Assembly: GCA_050299335.1 (NCBI GenBank)
Contig: JBNKVT010000021.1
Location: forward strand, 76,756 to 140,755
DNA: 64,000 nucleotides
Direction of reading: 5' to 3'
From: Paracoccaceae bacterium
GTDB lineage: Bacteria > Pseudomonadota > Alphaproteobacteria > Rhodobacterales > Rhodobacteraceae
Shown here: positions 21,529-32,934 of the stretch, piece by piece
Layout: each line of letters opens with the position of its first letter
Numbering within the stretch: the stretch's first letter is position 1
The notes under the pieces: generated by a model
The model's database searches: none
Told to the model about the DNA's origin: nothing
What the model saw: the letters and a program-made list of their open reading frames with translations, nothing else
Program-made: the position numbers and the translations under genes

Positions 21529-21777
21529 TCAGTCTTCGTAAGTCTCGGCCGCCTTGTCGAGCGCGTCGAAGAACGCCTCCCCGGCCTCTTCCAGCCGAAT
21601 GAACTCCCGTCTCTGCCGCCGAAGTTCCTCCAACTCCTCCAGCACCGCCGGAGACACGAAAGCCCCCACGGTGCGTTTGTGGCTGCGCACAGTGATCACT
21701 CCGTGCTCCCGCACGTCTTCCTTCATTTGCGGAAAGTTGCGGGCAAATTCGGTGGCGCTGACATCGATTCGGCGCAT
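21529..21777 (-). CDS. Phd/YefM-family antitoxin-like protein (82 aa)
   Basis: GVITVRSHKRTVGAFVSPAVLEEL matches the Phd/YefM N-terminal fold pattern. The C-terminus is acidic. Confidence 0.55.
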   Translation of the reverse strand: MRRIDVSATEFARNFPQMKEDVREHGVITVRSHKRTVGAFVSPAVLEELEELRRQRREFIRLEEAGEAFFDALDKAAETYED

Positions 21778-21867
21778 CTCGGACCTCCTTGAAGACCCCG
21801 TAATATACAGAAAATACGTAATTTACGCAATACTGCCTCTCTCCTTGCGAAATTAACCCTCAATCAA

Positions 21868-21929
21868 TCCTTTTCTCCAACAAAACCAATCCCATCCCCA
21901 TCTTTGCACGCGTGCAAAGCATGGGATGG
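21868..21929 (-). terminator. Putative intrinsic terminator after pgi
   Basis: Minus strand: a CCATCCC...perfect 16-nt palindrome TTTGCACGCGTGCAAA...GGGATGG hairpin followed by TTGGTTTTGTTGG. Confidence 0.45.
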
Positions 21930-22037
21930 CTGCGCCGAAAAGGGCGCGGAACGGCAGCTGCCCGCGCCCCGGCGAGAAAGGACGTTGGGGTTCGGGGCAG
22001 CGCGGACTTGCCGTTGTCCAACCAGGCTGGACCCGCG

Positions 22038-23753
22038 CTATTCCCAGGTATCGTCCTCCGCGGGCGCCTGCTCCAGAACAAGCTGGATCTGTGCGTCATC
22101 CGCCCGGCGGATTCCCAGAAATGTCCCCTTGGCCTGACGCCGCAGCCGTGCCACCTCACTGATCAGCCCTGCGGTCGAGGCATCCCCCCCCTCGGGAACC
22201 TCGCCGCTCTTCACATTACCCAAGAGCCCGACGGCCAGTTCCTTGCCCAGTTCCACCCCCCACTGATCGAAGGAGTTGATCCCCCAGACCGCGCCTTCGA
22301 CAAACACCCGATGCTCATATAGCGCAATGATCTGGCCCAGTATCTCGGGTGTCAGCTTCGGATAGATCAGCGTCGTCGACGGTCGGTTGCCGGGAAAGGT
22401 CCGGCTGCGCGCCAGCATGGTCAGGTCGCCACCGACCCCGGCCTCCGCCAGCATCCGCCGGGTCCGACCCTCGCCACGTCCGGTCATCAGCGCCTGGGAT
22501 TGGGCCAGGCAATTGGCCACGAGAATATCGTGATGATGCGCCAGATCCGCCTCGTGCCCGTCCGCGGCCACCAGAAATTCGCACGGGACGATCACCGTCC
22601 CCTGATGCAGCAACTGATAGAAAGCATGCTGTCCGTTGGTTCCGGCCTCCCCCCAGACGACCGGCCCGGTTCCGGGTTTCAAAGGCACGCCTTCCGCCGT
22701 CACCCGCTTGCCGTTGCTCTCCATGTCGAGTTGCTGCAGATAGGCTGGCAGCCGCGCCAGCCGCTGGTCATACGGCAACACAGCCCGCGTCGCATATCCG
22801 CAGAAATTCCGGTGCCAGATCCCGACCATCGCCATCAGCATCGGCAGGTTCCGTTCCGCCGGGGTCTCGCGGAAATGGCAGTCCATTGCATAGGCGCCGT
22901 CGAGGAACTGCCCGAAAGCCTCCGCCCCGATCGCGATCATCAGTGGCAGACCGACCGGCCCCCAGACCGAATAGCGCCCGCCGACCCAATCCTCGAAACT
23001 GAACACCCTTTCAGGCGCGATCCCGAAGGCCCTGGTCTTTTCCGGCGCCGAGGACACCGCCGTCAGGTGCGCGCCCGCCTCGCGGCCCAGCGCCGATTTC
23101 AGCCAGGCCCGGGCGGTCTCGGCATTGGTCATCGTCTCGAGCGTCGTGAAGGTCTTCGAGGCCACGATCACCAGCGTCCGGGCCGGATCGAGCCCCTTCA
23201 GCGTATCGGCGATATGCGCGCCATCGATGTTCGAGACATACTGCACCCGGGGCCCGTCATGATACGGAGCCAGCGCCTGCGTCGCCATCGCCGGGCCGAG
23301 ATCCGAGCCGCCGATCCCGATATTGATCACATCCGTGAACGCCCCGCCATCAGCAGCGGCGATCGTGCCCGAGCGCACGCCTTCGGCAAAGGCTGCCATC
23401 GCCTCCAGCGTCGACCGAACGCCCGGCATCACGTCCGTGCCGTCCACCACCAGCGGCTGGCCCGAACGGTTCCTGAGGGCGGAGTGCAGGACCGGGCGGT
23501 TCTCCGACCGGTTGATCCGCGCGCCCTCGAACATCGCGTCGCGCTTGCCCGGTACGTCCCGCTCTTCGAGAAGCTGCAGCAGCAGCCCCCGGATCTCCGC
23601 GTCGATCCGCGTCTTCGAATAGTCGAGCAGCGTCCCTCCGCAGCGCGCCGAGAAGCCATCGAACCGCGCCGGGTCCGCCTCGAAAAGCTCCACGATCCGC
23701 CGCTTCCGCGTCCGGCGGGCCGCCCTCGCCAGGTCCTCCCAAGCCCCCATCAT
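22038..23753 (-). CDS. pgi: Glucose-6-phosphate isomerase
   Basis: [10 protein letters not shown] and DMESNGK motifs. The start is set at MMGAWEDL. The 200-aa G/R-rich 5' extension in the ORF track was rejected. Confidence 0.85.
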   Translation of the reverse strand: MMGAWEDLARAARRTRKRRIVELFEADPARFDGFSARCGGTLLDYSKTRIDAEIRGLLLQLLEERDVPGKRDAMFEGARINRSENRPVLHSALRNRSGQPLVVDGTDVMPGVRSTLEAMAAFAEGVRSGTIAAADGGAFTDVINIGIGGSDLGPAMATQALAPYHDGPRVQYVSNIDGAHIADTLKGLDPARTLVIVASKTFTTLETMTNAETARAWLKSALGREAGAHLTAVSSAPEKTRAFGIAPERVFSFEDWVGGRYSVWGPVGLPLMIAIGAEAFGQFLDGAYAMDCHFRETPAERNLPMLMAMVGIWHRNFCGYATRAVLPYDQRLARLPAYLQQLDMESNGKRVTAEGVPLKPGTGPVVWGEAGTNGQHAFYQLLHQGTVIVPCEFLVAADGHEADLAHHHDILVANCLAQSQALMTGRGEGRTRRMLAEAGVGGDLTMLARSRTFPGNRPSTTLIYPKLTPEILGQIIALYEHRVFVEGAVWGINSFDQWGVELGKELAVGLLGNVKSGEVPEGGDASTAGLISEVARLRRQAKGTFLGIRRADDAQIQLVLEQAPAEDDTWE

Positions 23754-24400
23754 GCCCCTCCCAGCCTTGCTGCATCCCGCGCCAGCGCCTCGATCCCGGC
23801 CCAGTCGCCCGACGCCACCTTGTCGGCGGGCGCCACCCAGGACCCCCCGGCACAGAGCACGTTCGGCAGCGCCAGATAGTCCCGCGCGTTCTCCGGCGAG
23901 ACCCCGCCCGTCGGACAGAACGAAATCTGCGGCAAGGGCGCGCCAATCGCCTTTAGCGCCGCCGCCCCGCCCGAGGCTTCTGCCGGGAAGAATTTCAGCA
24001 CGTCGTATCCGCGCGCCAGCATCTCCATCGCCTCTGTCGCCGTCGCGGCCCCGGCCAGCAACGGCAACCCTTCCGCCTCGCAAGCCGCCACCAGCGCGTC
24101 CGTCGCGCCCGGAGACACCCCGAACCGCGCGCCCGCTGCCTTGGCATTGCGCACGTCTTCGGGGGTCACCAGTGTCCCCGCCCCGACCACGCCACCCGGC
24201 ACCTCGGCCATCGCCCGGATCGCCTCCAGAGCCGCCGGTGTCCTGAGCGTCACCTCCAGGGCCGGTAATCCGCCCGCCACCAACGCCTCCGCCAGCGGCC
24301 GCGCCGCGCCTGCATCCTTGACCACCAGCACCGGCACGATCTGCGCCAGCCCGCAAATCTCCCGCGTCCGCGCGCAGGCATCCTTCGCCGTCATTCCCAT
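23750..24400 (-). CDS. eda: 2-dehydro-3-deoxyphosphogluconate (KDPG) aldolase
   Basis: 216-aa aldolase fold. Its stop overlaps the pgi start (ATGA). Entner-Doudoroff gene context. Confidence 0.8.
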   Translation of the reverse strand: MGMTAKDACARTREICGLAQIVPVLVVKDAGAARPLAEALVAGGLPALEVTLRTPAALEAIRAMAEVPGGVVGAGTLVTPEDVRNAKAAGARFGVSPGATDALVAACEAEGLPLLAGAATATEAMEMLARGYDVLKFFPAEASGGAAALKAIGAPLPQISFCPTGGVSPENARDYLALPNVLCAGGSWVAPADKVASGDWAGIEALARDAARLGGA

Positions 24401-24448
24401 TCGCTCACCTTTCCCCGCAGGGCCCCCTGTCCAAGGCCCGATCCCTGT

Positions 24449-25066
24449 CTACCATAAGCTCTCAGCCGCGCGCCCGGGCCAGTCCTGATCATATTTCCGC
24501 CCGTCAACCTCACCCTTCGACATTGCCCCGAGGATCGCCCCCGGGCTCGGCAGCCCCGACAGATCAGGCCGCACATCCCAGAGCCCTGCCCGCATACAGG
24601 CCCGCGCGCATTGGAAATACACCTCGCCGATCCGCACCATCACCACCGAGCGCGGCGCCTTGCCGTCAACGGCGAACACGTCACAGGTCTCCGCATCAAT
24701 CGCCACCCGCGCTTCACCATTCACCCGGATCACCGTATCCGATCCCGGCACCAGAAACATGCACGAGACCCTCGGATCGCGCACGATATTGCGCAAACTG
24801 TCCATCCGGTTGTTCCCCCGCCGGTCCGGCAGCGCCAGGGTCCGCTCATCAACCACCGTCACCACCTGCCCGCGATCCCCGCGCGGCGAGCAATCCAACC
24901 CTTCCGGCCCGATGGTCGCCAGCGCACAGAACGGCGCCGCCTCGATCCAGGCGCGGTACTGTGCTGTCAGATGATCCGCCACCTTGGCCAGCGAGGTCAC
25001 CCCCGGTTCACCGTAGATGACTTCAAGATCAGCTTCCGTCTCCGCAAACCGCGCCATGCACCCCAT
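24449..25066 (-). CDS. Pyridoxamine 5'-phosphate oxidase-family FMN-binding protein
   Basis: The start was reset to MGCMARF with an AAGGAG RBS. PNPOx-like split-barrel pattern. The upstream part of the ORF-track ORF overlaps edd and was rejected. Confidence 0.5.
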   Translation of the reverse strand: MGCMARFAETEADLEVIYGEPGVTSLAKVADHLTAQYRAWIEAAPFCALATIGPEGLDCSPRGDRGQVVTVVDERTLALPDRRGNNRMDSLRNIVRDPRVSCMFLVPGSDTVIRVNGEARVAIDAETCDVFAVDGKAPRSVVMVRIGEVYFQCARACMRAGLWDVRPDLSGLPSPGAILGAMSKGEVDGRKYDQDWPGRAAESLW

Positions 25067-25151
25067 TCTCCTTCTTGAAAATACCTCCGGGGGGTGTGGG
25101 GGGCGGAGCCCCCCACGGATCGTCCCGCGAAGCGGGGCGAAATTCCTTGCC

Positions 25152-26954
25152 TCAGACCGCCACACTCGCCCCCGTCTCCGCCGAGCCCACCATGGCCCGG
25201 AACGCCGCGAACATTTCCCGGCCCGTCCCGGAATGATACCCCGACAGATCGGGAACCACCGCCGCGCGCCCCGAAATCTCGCCCAGCACATCCAGTACGC
25301 CCGAAACCGCATCCACCCGCACCAGATCGCCATCGGCGATCCGCGCCAGCGCCCCGCCATCCAGCGCCTCGGGACAGACATGGATCGCCGCCGGGACCTT
25401 GCCCGAGGCCCCCGACATCCGCCCGTCCGTCACCAGCGCCACCTTCAGCCCCCTGTCCTGCAGCACCGCCAGCAAGGGGGTCAGCGAGTGCAGTTCCGGC
25501 ATCCCGTTCGCCTTCGGTCCCTGGAACCGCACAACGACCACCACATCCTCGGTGAATTCCCCGGCCCTGTAGGCCGCCTTTACCTCCTCCTGATCGTCAA
25601 ACACCCGGGCACGCGCCTCGATCACATGCCGCTCGGGCGCCACCGCCGAGACCTTCATCACCCCGGTCCCGAGGCTGCCTGACAGCCGCTTCAGCCCGCC
25701 CGTCGGCTGGAACGGTGCCGCCACCGGCTTCAATATCCGGTCATTGAGGCTCTCGCCCGCGCCCTCGACCCAGCTCAGCACCCCGTCGATCAGCTTCGGC
25801 TCGCGCGTATAATGCGCCAGCCCGTCCCCGGCCACAGTCCTGGTATCGGGATGCAGCAGCCCCGCCTCCAAGAGCTCCCCGATCATGTACCCGAGCCCGC
25901 CCGCGGCATGGAAGTGGTTCACATCCGCCAGCCCGTTGGGATAGACCCGCGCCATCAGCGGCACTGCATCCGACAGGGTGGAAAAATCCGTCCAGTCGAG
26001 GATCACGCCGGCTGCCCTTGCCATCGCGATCAGGTGAATAAGCAGATTGGTCGACCCGCCCGTCGCCATCAGCCCGACAATGCCGTTCACGAAGGCCTTC
26101 TCGTCCAAGACCGCGCTCACCGGCGTGTATTCATTGCCCAAAGCCGAGATCGCCAGCGCCCGCTTCGCACCTTCCACCGTCAGCGCGTCGCGCAATTCCG
26201 TCCCCGGATTGACGAAACTGGCCCCCGGCAGGTGCAGCCCCATGAACTCCATCAGCATCTGGTTGGTGTTGGCGGTGCCGTAGAAGGTACAGGTCCCCGG
26301 CCCGTGATAGGAGGCCATCTCGGCCTCCATCAGCTTGTCCCGACCGACCTCGCCAGCGGCAAACAACTGCCGCACCTTCGCCTTCTCGTCATTCGGCAGT
26401 CCCGAGACCATCGGCCCCGCCGGCAAAAACACCGCCGGAATATGCCCGAATGTCGCCGCCGCCATCACCAGCCCCGGCACGATCTTGTCGCAGACACCCA
26501 GATAAACCGCCGCATCAAACGTCTTGTGGCTCAGCGCCACCCCAGCGGCCAACGCGATCACATCGCGCGAGAACAGCGACAGCTCCATCCCCTCGCGCCC
26601 TTGCGTGACCCCATCGCACATCGCCGGAACACCGCCCGCGACCTGCGCCGTGCCGCCGACATCCCGCGCCGCCTTGCGGATCAGGGCGGGATAGGTCTCG
26701 AAAGGCTGATGCGCCGACAGCATGTCGTTATAGGCGGTGACAATCCCCAGATTCCCCGCCTCGCCCGCGACCAGCGTGCCCTTGTCGTCCCCCATCGCCG
26801 CATAGGCATGGGCAAGGTTCGAGCAGCTCAGATGCGACCGGTTCGTGCCCTCGTCCCGCTGCCGCGCCATCCGCTCCAGATAGATCGCCCGCGCCTCGCG
26901 GCTGCGTTCAACGATATCCGCGGTGACCTTCGCGACCGTGTCCCTCAGCGCCAT
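25152..26954 (-). CDS. edd: Phosphogluconate dehydratase (ILVD/EDD family)
   Basis: 600-aa ILVD/EDD family protein. Its position between zwf and eda favours Edd over IlvD. Confidence 0.75.
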   Translation of the reverse strand: MALRDTVAKVTADIVERSREARAIYLERMARQRDEGTNRSHLSCSNLAHAYAAMGDDKGTLVAGEAGNLGIVTAYNDMLSAHQPFETYPALIRKAARDVGGTAQVAGGVPAMCDGVTQGREGMELSLFSRDVIALAAGVALSHKTFDAAVYLGVCDKIVPGLVMAAATFGHIPAVFLPAGPMVSGLPNDEKAKVRQLFAAGEVGRDKLMEAEMASYHGPGTCTFYGTANTNQMLMEFMGLHLPGASFVNPGTELRDALTVEGAKRALAISALGNEYTPVSAVLDEKAFVNGIVGLMATGGSTNLLIHLIAMARAAGVILDWTDFSTLSDAVPLMARVYPNGLADVNHFHAAGGLGYMIGELLEAGLLHPDTRTVAGDGLAHYTREPKLIDGVLSWVEGAGESLNDRILKPVAAPFQPTGGLKRLSGSLGTGVMKVSAVAPERHVIEARARVFDDQEEVKAAYRAGEFTEDVVVVVRFQGPKANGMPELHSLTPLLAVLQDRGLKVALVTDGRMSGASGKVPAAIHVCPEALDGGALARIADGDLVRVDAVSGVLDVLGEISGRAAVVPDLSGYHSGTGREMFAAFRAMVGSAETGASVAV

Positions 26955-26955
26955 C

Positions 26956-28422
26956 TCACGCCCCGCCCGTCTGGATTTCCCGCCAGCGCCGCCCGTCGCG
27001 GTGCATCAGCGCCAGCGCGTCCTCAGGCCCAGAGCCGCCCTGGTCATAGGGCTGTGGCCTGCCGGAGGAATGCTCCCAGGCGTCGAGCATCGCATCGGTC
27101 CAGCCCCAGGCGGCCTCGACCTCGTCGCCGCGCATGAACAGGGTCTGGTTGCCGCGCACCACGTCCATGATCAGCCGCTCATAGGCGTCGGGCACGTTCC
27201 CTCCGTCCGCCCCCAATGCCTCGGCGAAGGTCATGTCCAGCGGCACCTCGGTCAGCCGCATGCCGCCCGGTCCGGGGTCCTTGATGGTCATGCGAAGGGT
27301 GATCCCTTCATCCGGCTGCAGGCGGATAATCAGCGCATTGCCGCGTTTCTCGTCCACCTCCGGAAAGATCGAATGCGGCACGTCCTTGAAAATGATCGCG
27401 ATCTCGGACAGCCGCGCCCTGAGCTTCTTGCCCGTCCTGAGGTAAAACGGCGTCCCCGCCCAGCGCCAGTTCGAGATCTGCGCCTTGATCGCCACATAGC
27501 TTTCGGTCTTGCTGTCCGGGTTCTCGGCATGGTCGAGATAAGAATCCCCCCCCGCCTTCGAGGCCCGGTACTGCCCGCGCACCGTATCGGCCACCGGCAC
27601 CGGATCGAGCGCCCGGATCACCTTCAGCTTCTCATCGCGCACCGCGTCCGGTTCGAACCGCGAGGGCGGCTCCATCGCGGTCAGACACAAAAGCTGCATC
27701 AGGTGATTCTGGATCATGTCGCGCATCGCGCCCGAGCGGTCGTAGTAGCCGCCGCGCCCTTCGACCCCGATACTCTCGGCTACGGTGATCTGCACATGAT
27801 CGACATGCTGGGCGTTCCACAAGGGTTCGAACAGCGCATTGGCAAAGCGCAAGGCCATCAGGTTCTGCACCGTCTCCTTGCCGAGATAATGGTCGATCCG
27901 GTAAATCTGCTCCTCGTCGAACGAGGCCCTCAGCTGCGCGTTCAGCGCCTTGGCCGAAGCCAGATCATGCCCCAGCGGCTTTTCCACCACGATGCGGCTG
28001 TCGGCCGTCGCCAGCCCGGTCTCCTTCAGCCGGTCTGCGATCGCGCCGAAGATCGACGGGCCCACCGAAAGGTAAAAGACCCGCACCGCCGATTTCCGGA
28101 GACAGGATTTCAGATCGCTCCACCCGCCCTCGCCGGTCGCGTCCAGGGTCACGAAATGCAGGCAGTCGACGAAATCGGCGATCACAGAAGCGTCACGCTG
28201 CGCCTCGGGCAGGAATTCGTCGAGAGCGGCCCGGATCGTTTCCTGATACTCCGCCCGCCCCAGTTCACCGCGCGCACACCCGATGATCCGCGCATCCTTG
28301 GGCATCTGCCCGGCCAGCATCCGCCGGTACAGAGACGGCAGGATCTTGCGCCGGGCCAGATCGCCGGTTCCGCCAAAGATGACGAGGTCGAACGGATCGA
28401 CCGGAATGACGCGTGCAACCAT
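26956..28422 (-). CDS. zwf: Glucose-6-phosphate 1-dehydrogenase
   Basis: N-terminus [26 protein letters not shown] active-site motif. Confidence 0.9.
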   Translation of the reverse strand: MVARVIPVDPFDLVIFGGTGDLARRKILPSLYRRMLAGQMPKDARIIGCARGELGRAEYQETIRAALDEFLPEAQRDASVIADFVDCLHFVTLDATGEGGWSDLKSCLRKSAVRVFYLSVGPSIFGAIADRLKETGLATADSRIVVEKPLGHDLASAKALNAQLRASFDEEQIYRIDHYLGKETVQNLMALRFANALFEPLWNAQHVDHVQITVAESIGVEGRGGYYDRSGAMRDMIQNHLMQLLCLTAMEPPSRFEPDAVRDEKLKVIRALDPVPVADTVRGQYRASKAGGDSYLDHAENPDSKTESYVAIKAQISNWRWAGTPFYLRTGKKLRARLSEIAIIFKDVPHSIFPEVDEKRGNALIIRLQPDEGITLRMTIKDPGPGGMRLTEVPLDMTFAEALGADGGNVPDAYERLIMDVVRGNQTLFMRGDEVEAAWGWTDAMLDAWEHSSGRPQPYDQGGSGPEDALALMHRDGRRWREIQTGGA

Positions 28423-28433
28423 TTGCAGGCCCC

Positions 28434-29357
28434 TTAAAGCTCGTCGCGCCTCGGCAGGTCCGCCCCACGGCGCGAGCAGGTTATCGCGGCGGCCTTGGCC
28501 GCCAGGTCGAGGATGTCTTTCAGAGCGGCTTCGTCCAGCCCGTCAATCACCTTACGCGGCTTGCCCCTGAGGGCCAGCTCGGCAAGCAGCGCGGCCTGGA
28601 ACGTATCGCCTGCGCCGACAGTGTCAACGACCTTCGTCGCAGGCGGGGACACTTCCACGCGACCCCCGTTCGCCAGCCACCCGATCGCCGTCTCACCACC
28701 ATCGGTGACCACGACGAGGCCGATACCTTCGGCCAGCCACCCGGCGGCCAGATCGTCCGCCGACCGTCCCGGAAACAGCGCCCCGATATCCTCCGCCGAA
28801 ATCTTCAGCAAGTCCACATGCGGTACAAGGGCGGCCACCCGCCGCTGCCAGACCCTCATATCCGGCTCGATGGTCGGGCGGATATTCGGATCGAGCGAGA
28901 TGAACCGCTCCCCATGTCGCGCCGCCAGTTCGGCCAGAGCATCCGCCCCAGGTGCGACCGCAATCGAATAGGACCCGAAATGCAGGCCATCGATCTCGTC
29001 CCCCAGTTCCGGCAGTTGCGCCACCGTCAGCGAGGTATCCGCCGAATTCTCCCCATAGAACTGATAGGCCGGGCTGCCCGCCGCATCGAGCCCCACCAGG
29101 CTCAGCGTTGTCGGCCGCGCATTGGTGACGCAATACCGCGTCCCGACCCCCTCATCCTCAAGCACCTGCCGCAGCCGCACCCCCAGCATGTCCCCAGACA
29201 GTCCGGTCAGCATCGCCGCCTGCCCGCCGAGCCTGGCCACCCCGATGGCGACATTGAACGGCGAGCCGCCAGCCCGCGCCTCCCAGGTCGCAGCCCCCGG
29301 CCCCGCCTCATCGCTCAGAAAGAAGTCGAACAGCGAATCGCCGCAGATCAGATACAT
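28434..29357 (-). CDS. PfkB-family sugar kinase (fructokinase/KDG-kinase-like)
   Basis: GAGDTF motif near the C-terminus. Ribokinase-like fold. Confidence 0.7.
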   Translation of the reverse strand: MYLICGDSLFDFFLSDEAGPGAATWEARAGGSPFNVAIGVARLGGQAAMLTGLSGDMLGVRLRQVLEDEGVGTRYCVTNARPTTLSLVGLDAAGSPAYQFYGENSADTSLTVAQLPELGDEIDGLHFGSYSIAVAPGADALAELAARHGERFISLDPNIRPTIEPDMRVWQRRVAALVPHVDLLKISAEDIGALFPGRSADDLAAGWLAEGIGLVVVTDGGETAIGWLANGGRVEVSPPATKVVDTVGAGDTFQAALLAELALRGKPRKVIDGLDEAALKDILDLAAKAAAITCSRRGADLPRRDEL

Positions 29358-29431
29358 CGCCGGTCCCCGTTGGCCGTGTCATCGCCGGGATACCCCAACA
29401 CCCCGCCCATGGCCAGAGCCGCCCGCCGCGA

Positions 29432-29986
29432 TCACCATGACTTTTCCGAAGCGGCTTCGTCTCTGCGCACATAGCGGCCCAGACGGCCCAGAAACCGGTC
29501 GATCTCGCGCAGAATCGAAGCCCCGTCGAGCGCCGCCCCGTCCGCCGCCTCAAGCGCCTCGCTGGTCCAGCCGCCCTCCGGCTCCAGCGCTGTCGCCAGA
29601 TGCCCAAGCCGCTCCCGATCCGCGTTGGACAAATCCAGCTTTCCGGCTTCCGCCAGCAAAACCTGCCGCTCGCGCACCCGGCACATCGCCCTAAACGCCC
29701 GCGTCATCGGGGCCAGCAAGGCAGGATCGTCCTGCCAGCTGCGCCCGGCGAACATCTCCTGCACCACCACCTGCCCGGCCCCGTGGCAATCATAGGCCGC
29801 ACAGCCCGGGAACCCCGCCTTGGGCAAATGGTCATGGATCGCACAGACCGCCCCGGCCCCGAGATTCGGGCAGGGTTCATCCACCGCCTTGTCGATCCCG
29901 AAACTCTCCGAGCGGTCAAACGCGAACGCCACGCAGCACAGCCCCGCGCAGCGCCCGCAATCGGGCTGAAACCGCGCCCCGGTCAC
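29432..29986 (-). CDS. YkgJ-family Cys-cluster (Zn/Fe-chelating) protein
   Basis: C-x2-C-x3-CC motif (QPDCGRCAGLCC). The start was reset to a GTG with an AGGAGGAG RBS. Confidence 0.5.
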   Translation of the reverse strand: MTGARFQPDCGRCAGLCCVAFAFDRSESFGIDKAVDEPCPNLGAGAVCAIHDHLPKAGFPGCAAYDCHGAGQVVVQEMFAGRSWQDDPALLAPMTRAFRAMCRVRERQVLLAEAGKLDLSNADRERLGHLATALEPEGGWTSEALEAADGAALDGASILREIDRFLGRLGRYVRRDEAASEKSW

Positions 29987-30055
29987 GGTCCCCGCTCCTC
30001 CTTCTTCCAAATACTCCCGCCGGAGGCGTCCCGGACCATCGGGCCCGAGGACATG

Positions 30056-30382
30056 CTAGTCCTTGCGAAAATATTTCTTCTCCCGCGGCTTGCCGTCCCA
30101 GCCCGGCTTGCCCTTGGGCTTGTCATCGCGCCCGCCGAAGGATTTCCCGCCGCCGTCGCGATCGCCCTTGAAGGGCTTGCCCTTCCCGGCAAACCGCCGC
30201 GGCCCGTCATCATCCTCGCGGACTTCCCATTTCTTCAGAAGCTTCGCGTTGAACGCATCCCGCCCGATCTCGCCCTCGTGGCACCAGACACAGGCGATCT
30301 GCTCGCCATCAACAGCCTCGACCGCCATCCGCATCGAGCCCGCCGTCAGGACCACCAGGTCCCCGATCTCAAATCCCGCCAT
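30056..30382 (-). CDS. DUF2158 (YodC-like) small protein with a Lys/Gly/Asp-rich disordered C-terminal tail
   Basis: FEIGDLVVLTAGSMRMAV...IACVWCHEGEI matches the DUF2158 core. The start is ambiguous; 30403 is also possible. Confidence 0.55.
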   Translation of the reverse strand: MAGFEIGDLVVLTAGSMRMAVEAVDGEQIACVWCHEGEIGRDAFNAKLLKKWEVREDDDGPRRFAGKGKPFKGDRDGGGKSFGGRDDKPKGKPGWDGKPREKKYFRKD

Positions 30383-30530
30383 AACGTAACATACCTTTCG
30401 CATTGGGAAGCCTGGCTCATACGCCAATCAGCAATTTCGCGAAAGCAAAATACCACAGTGATCCGCAAATCTTGAGGCCCCAGGACGTATAGCCTTTCGC
30501 AATTGGCATTTTTGAGCGTATCGAAGCGCG

Positions 30531-31367
30531 ATGAAAAAGATTTTTGAAGTACGCTCGATTTCCAAAGGTAACGGCAAAATACACACTTGGGGTGCGCGAA
30601 AGACACTAGACGAAGCAACTCAATTGATGGAAAGCAGATTTGGCGCAGCACGTCGCGAATGGGCTGAGAAGCATCACGAACGCTGGTGGATCGAAGAACT
30701 CGATGTCACCGGTTGCTTCGAGTTCCCGTCGAAGCCTACACCGCGCGAAAGATACTCTACGCGCGAGCACGTCGTTTTAACCGGCGCAGGCCACCGCAAC
30801 ACGCTGAAGATCGAAGTCCTCGACGAAGCTGGCGAAACCGTCGCGGAGTATGACCGGAACTATGGCGCATTGATGCAAACTTTCGAGCCGTTTCGGCAAG
30901 GCGACCGGATGTTTGCACTGGTATCGACAGACTACACGGCGACGTCGGTTCTGGATCTGGCCACTGGTGAAACCATTGCTGGCGAAACGCCCCATACCCA
31001 TGGGTTCTGTCCGGTCGGGTTCTACGTACCGGACTGGTGGGACATAAATGGGGACACCATTCTACCCGGATCGTCGCGCTGGAGCTCGGACCATGAATTC
31101 CCAAAGGGAGATTTCGGATTTGTCTGGGGATGCGTCTGGGGGGATGACTCGTCCTGGAAGATACAGGTTCTTGATCTTTCCGATATTCAGAACGGAAGGA
31201 TTCTCCGGGACGAAAGATTTGGCTATGTGAGGTTGGCGAGCGCTCCGGATGTGCATCCAAAAGAGTTCATTTCGTGCAGTTTCCACGATGGAAAATGTAC
31301 TGTGAAGCTCAAAACGGAAAACGCGTTTGATCTCGCGACAGGCAAGATGCTTAGCGACTTCGACTGA
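30531..31367 (+). CDS. Hypothetical protein (278 aa) with atypical low GC
   Basis: Long clean ORF. AT-rich codon usage unlike its neighbours. A putative RBS precedes it. No recognisable domain. Confidence 0.6.
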   Translation: MKKIFEVRSISKGNGKIHTWGARKTLDEATQLMESRFGAARREWAEKHHERWWIEELDVTGCFEFPSKPTPRERYSTREHVVLTGAGHRNTLKIEVLDEAGETVAEYDRNYGALMQTFEPFRQGDRMFALVSTDYTATSVLDLATGETIAGETPHTHGFCPVGFYVPDWWDINGDTILPGSSRWSSDHEFPKGDFGFVWGCVWGDDSSWKIQVLDLSDIQNGRILRDERFGYVRLASAPDVHPKEFISCSFHDGKCTVKLKTENAFDLATGKMLSDFD

Positions 31368-31432
31368 TATTCTTTCTTAAACTGTAATAGAGAAAACCCC
31401 GCCCGATCCTCTCGAACCGGACGGGGCAATCT

Positions 31433-32569
31433 TCAGTCGCGCAGACGCACGAGGTCGTTCATCAGACCGTCGGTCCCGCTATGGACCGTCAGCCGTTCGA
31501 CCTTGCCCGCGATCGCCTCCAGAGCCTCCAGCTCCTTCAGCCGCAGCATGACCGGGTTCTCGGCCATGACCTTGGCGGTGTTCAGGAGGCTCCGCGTCGC
31601 GTTGGTCTCCTCGCGCCGACGGATGACGTTCGCCTCTGCCGCCTTCTGGGCCGCGACCACCTGGTTGAGGATGTCGCGCATCTCCCCCGGCAGGACGATG
31701 TCCTTCAGGGCGATCGCGCCCACCTCGACCCCGATCCCGGCCATCTCGGCCCGGACCGCCTCGGCGGCCGCCGCGTCAACGCTGACCTTCTCGGCCAGCA
31801 GCTGATCGAGGCTCATGGCCCCTAGCGTCTTGCGGAACGCGAACTGCAGCGCCCGGTGCAGGGCTTCCTCGAAGTCCTTCACCTCGCCGGCCACCTTGAC
31901 CGGATCGGTGACCCGGAAATCGGCGGCCAGGTTGACGCGCAGGCTCACCCGGTCGCGGGTCAGGATTTCCTGGCCCACAACGTCATGCGCCCGCCAACGC
32001 AGGTCGATCAGCCGAACGGCAACCTTGGCGCCTGCGTTCCAGAACCGGTGCGTCCCCGGCTTCAGAACCCGCTCCTGCGCCCCGTCGAGGCTCATCAGCC
32101 CGACATGGGCTTCCGGCACCTCGAAGCTCAGCACGCTGTCGCTGATCCCGGCCTGTGCCAGCCGCTTGGCCAGCTTCGCCTCGACCTCGAGACCATCGCC
32201 CAGATCGATCCGCTCGACGCTCCACGGCCCCGCGTCCTTCCACAGCACGACCCGGTTCTCCGGGCGCAGCACCCGGTTGAACCGGCCGTCGCGCTCCAGC
32301 AGAACCACCTCGTCCTTGGCCGCACGGACCTCCAGAAGATGCGCCTCCGCCAGGTCCGGCCGCTCGCGCATGAGGGCCTGCCGCAGGTCACTGGTGAACT
32401 CGGGCCGGTTCAGGTCATGGATATCGACGCGCGTCTCGCGGACCTTGATCCGGTGCTCGCCCGCGCCGAGGATCCCGGCGAATTTCCCCTTCACCAGCAC
32501 GATCACGCGCTGGTTCTCCTGAACCGTCACCCGGCGGAAACCGAGCAGTTTTTCCATCAGTTTCATCAT
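31433..32569 (-). CDS. SPFH/band-7 (stomatin/prohibitin-like) domain protein
   Basis: The C-terminal half has an SPFH-like pattern (IALKDIVLPGEMRDILNQVVAAQKAAEANVIRRREE...). Confidence 0.7.
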   Translation of the reverse strand: MMKLMEKLLGFRRVTVQENQRVIVLVKGKFAGILGAGEHRIKVRETRVDIHDLNRPEFTSDLRQALMRERPDLAEAHLLEVRAAKDEVVLLERDGRFNRVLRPENRVVLWKDAGPWSVERIDLGDGLEVEAKLAKRLAQAGISDSVLSFEVPEAHVGLMSLDGAQERVLKPGTHRFWNAGAKVAVRLIDLRWRAHDVVGQEILTRDRVSLRVNLAADFRVTDPVKVAGEVKDFEEALHRALQFAFRKTLGAMSLDQLLAEKVSVDAAAAEAVRAEMAGIGVEVGAIALKDIVLPGEMRDILNQVVAAQKAAEANVIRRREETNATRSLLNTAKVMAENPVMLRLKELEALEAIAGKVERLTVHSGTDGLMNDLVRLRD

Positions 32570-32934
32570 CGTTCACATTCCTTCTGTATCTAACGCATCC
32601 GCGCCAAACTCCTGTTTTCATGCCCTGACAAGGGACTTGGTTAGGGCCTCCCGGGAAGGAGGCGGTTGGAAGACCCCGGGACCGGCTGACCTGTCCGAAG
32701 CGCGGGCGTCGGGCGAGCGGGGGCGGGGCGGTGCGCGGCGGGGTCGAGAGGATCGAGACCCGCCCTTCCCGGCCACACCCGGCCCGACCCGTCATCCCTC
32801 CGCCGGCCCCCCGTCCAGGGCGAACCCGGCCTTTGCCGCCTCTCCCGAAGGATCGGCGGTGCCGGACCGGCCTCGCAGGCCGGTCCCGGAGCCCATTTCA
32901 GATGCCAGAACCTAAATCTGGTGGCTTGGAAAGC

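Noticed and set aside
22038-24356. The 5' 200-aa G/R-rich extension of the pgi ORF, and the 459-aa plus-strand ORF 22500-23879
   Set aside because: The extension has no aldose-ketose isomerase homology, and the eda gene occupies that DNA in another frame. pgi was trimmed to the MMGAWEDL start. The plus-strand ORF is antisense.
24449-25381. The upstream 105 aa of ORF 24449-25381
   Set aside because: It overlaps the 3' end of edd and is Trp/Arg-rich nonsense. A real RBS and ATG occur at 25066.
32863-32890. 11-bp GC hairpin CCGGACCGGCC-tcgca-GGCCGGTCCGG downstream of the tRNAs
   Set aside because: There is no U-tract on either strand. It could be a Rho-dependent pause or a REP, but evidence is insufficient to call a terminator.
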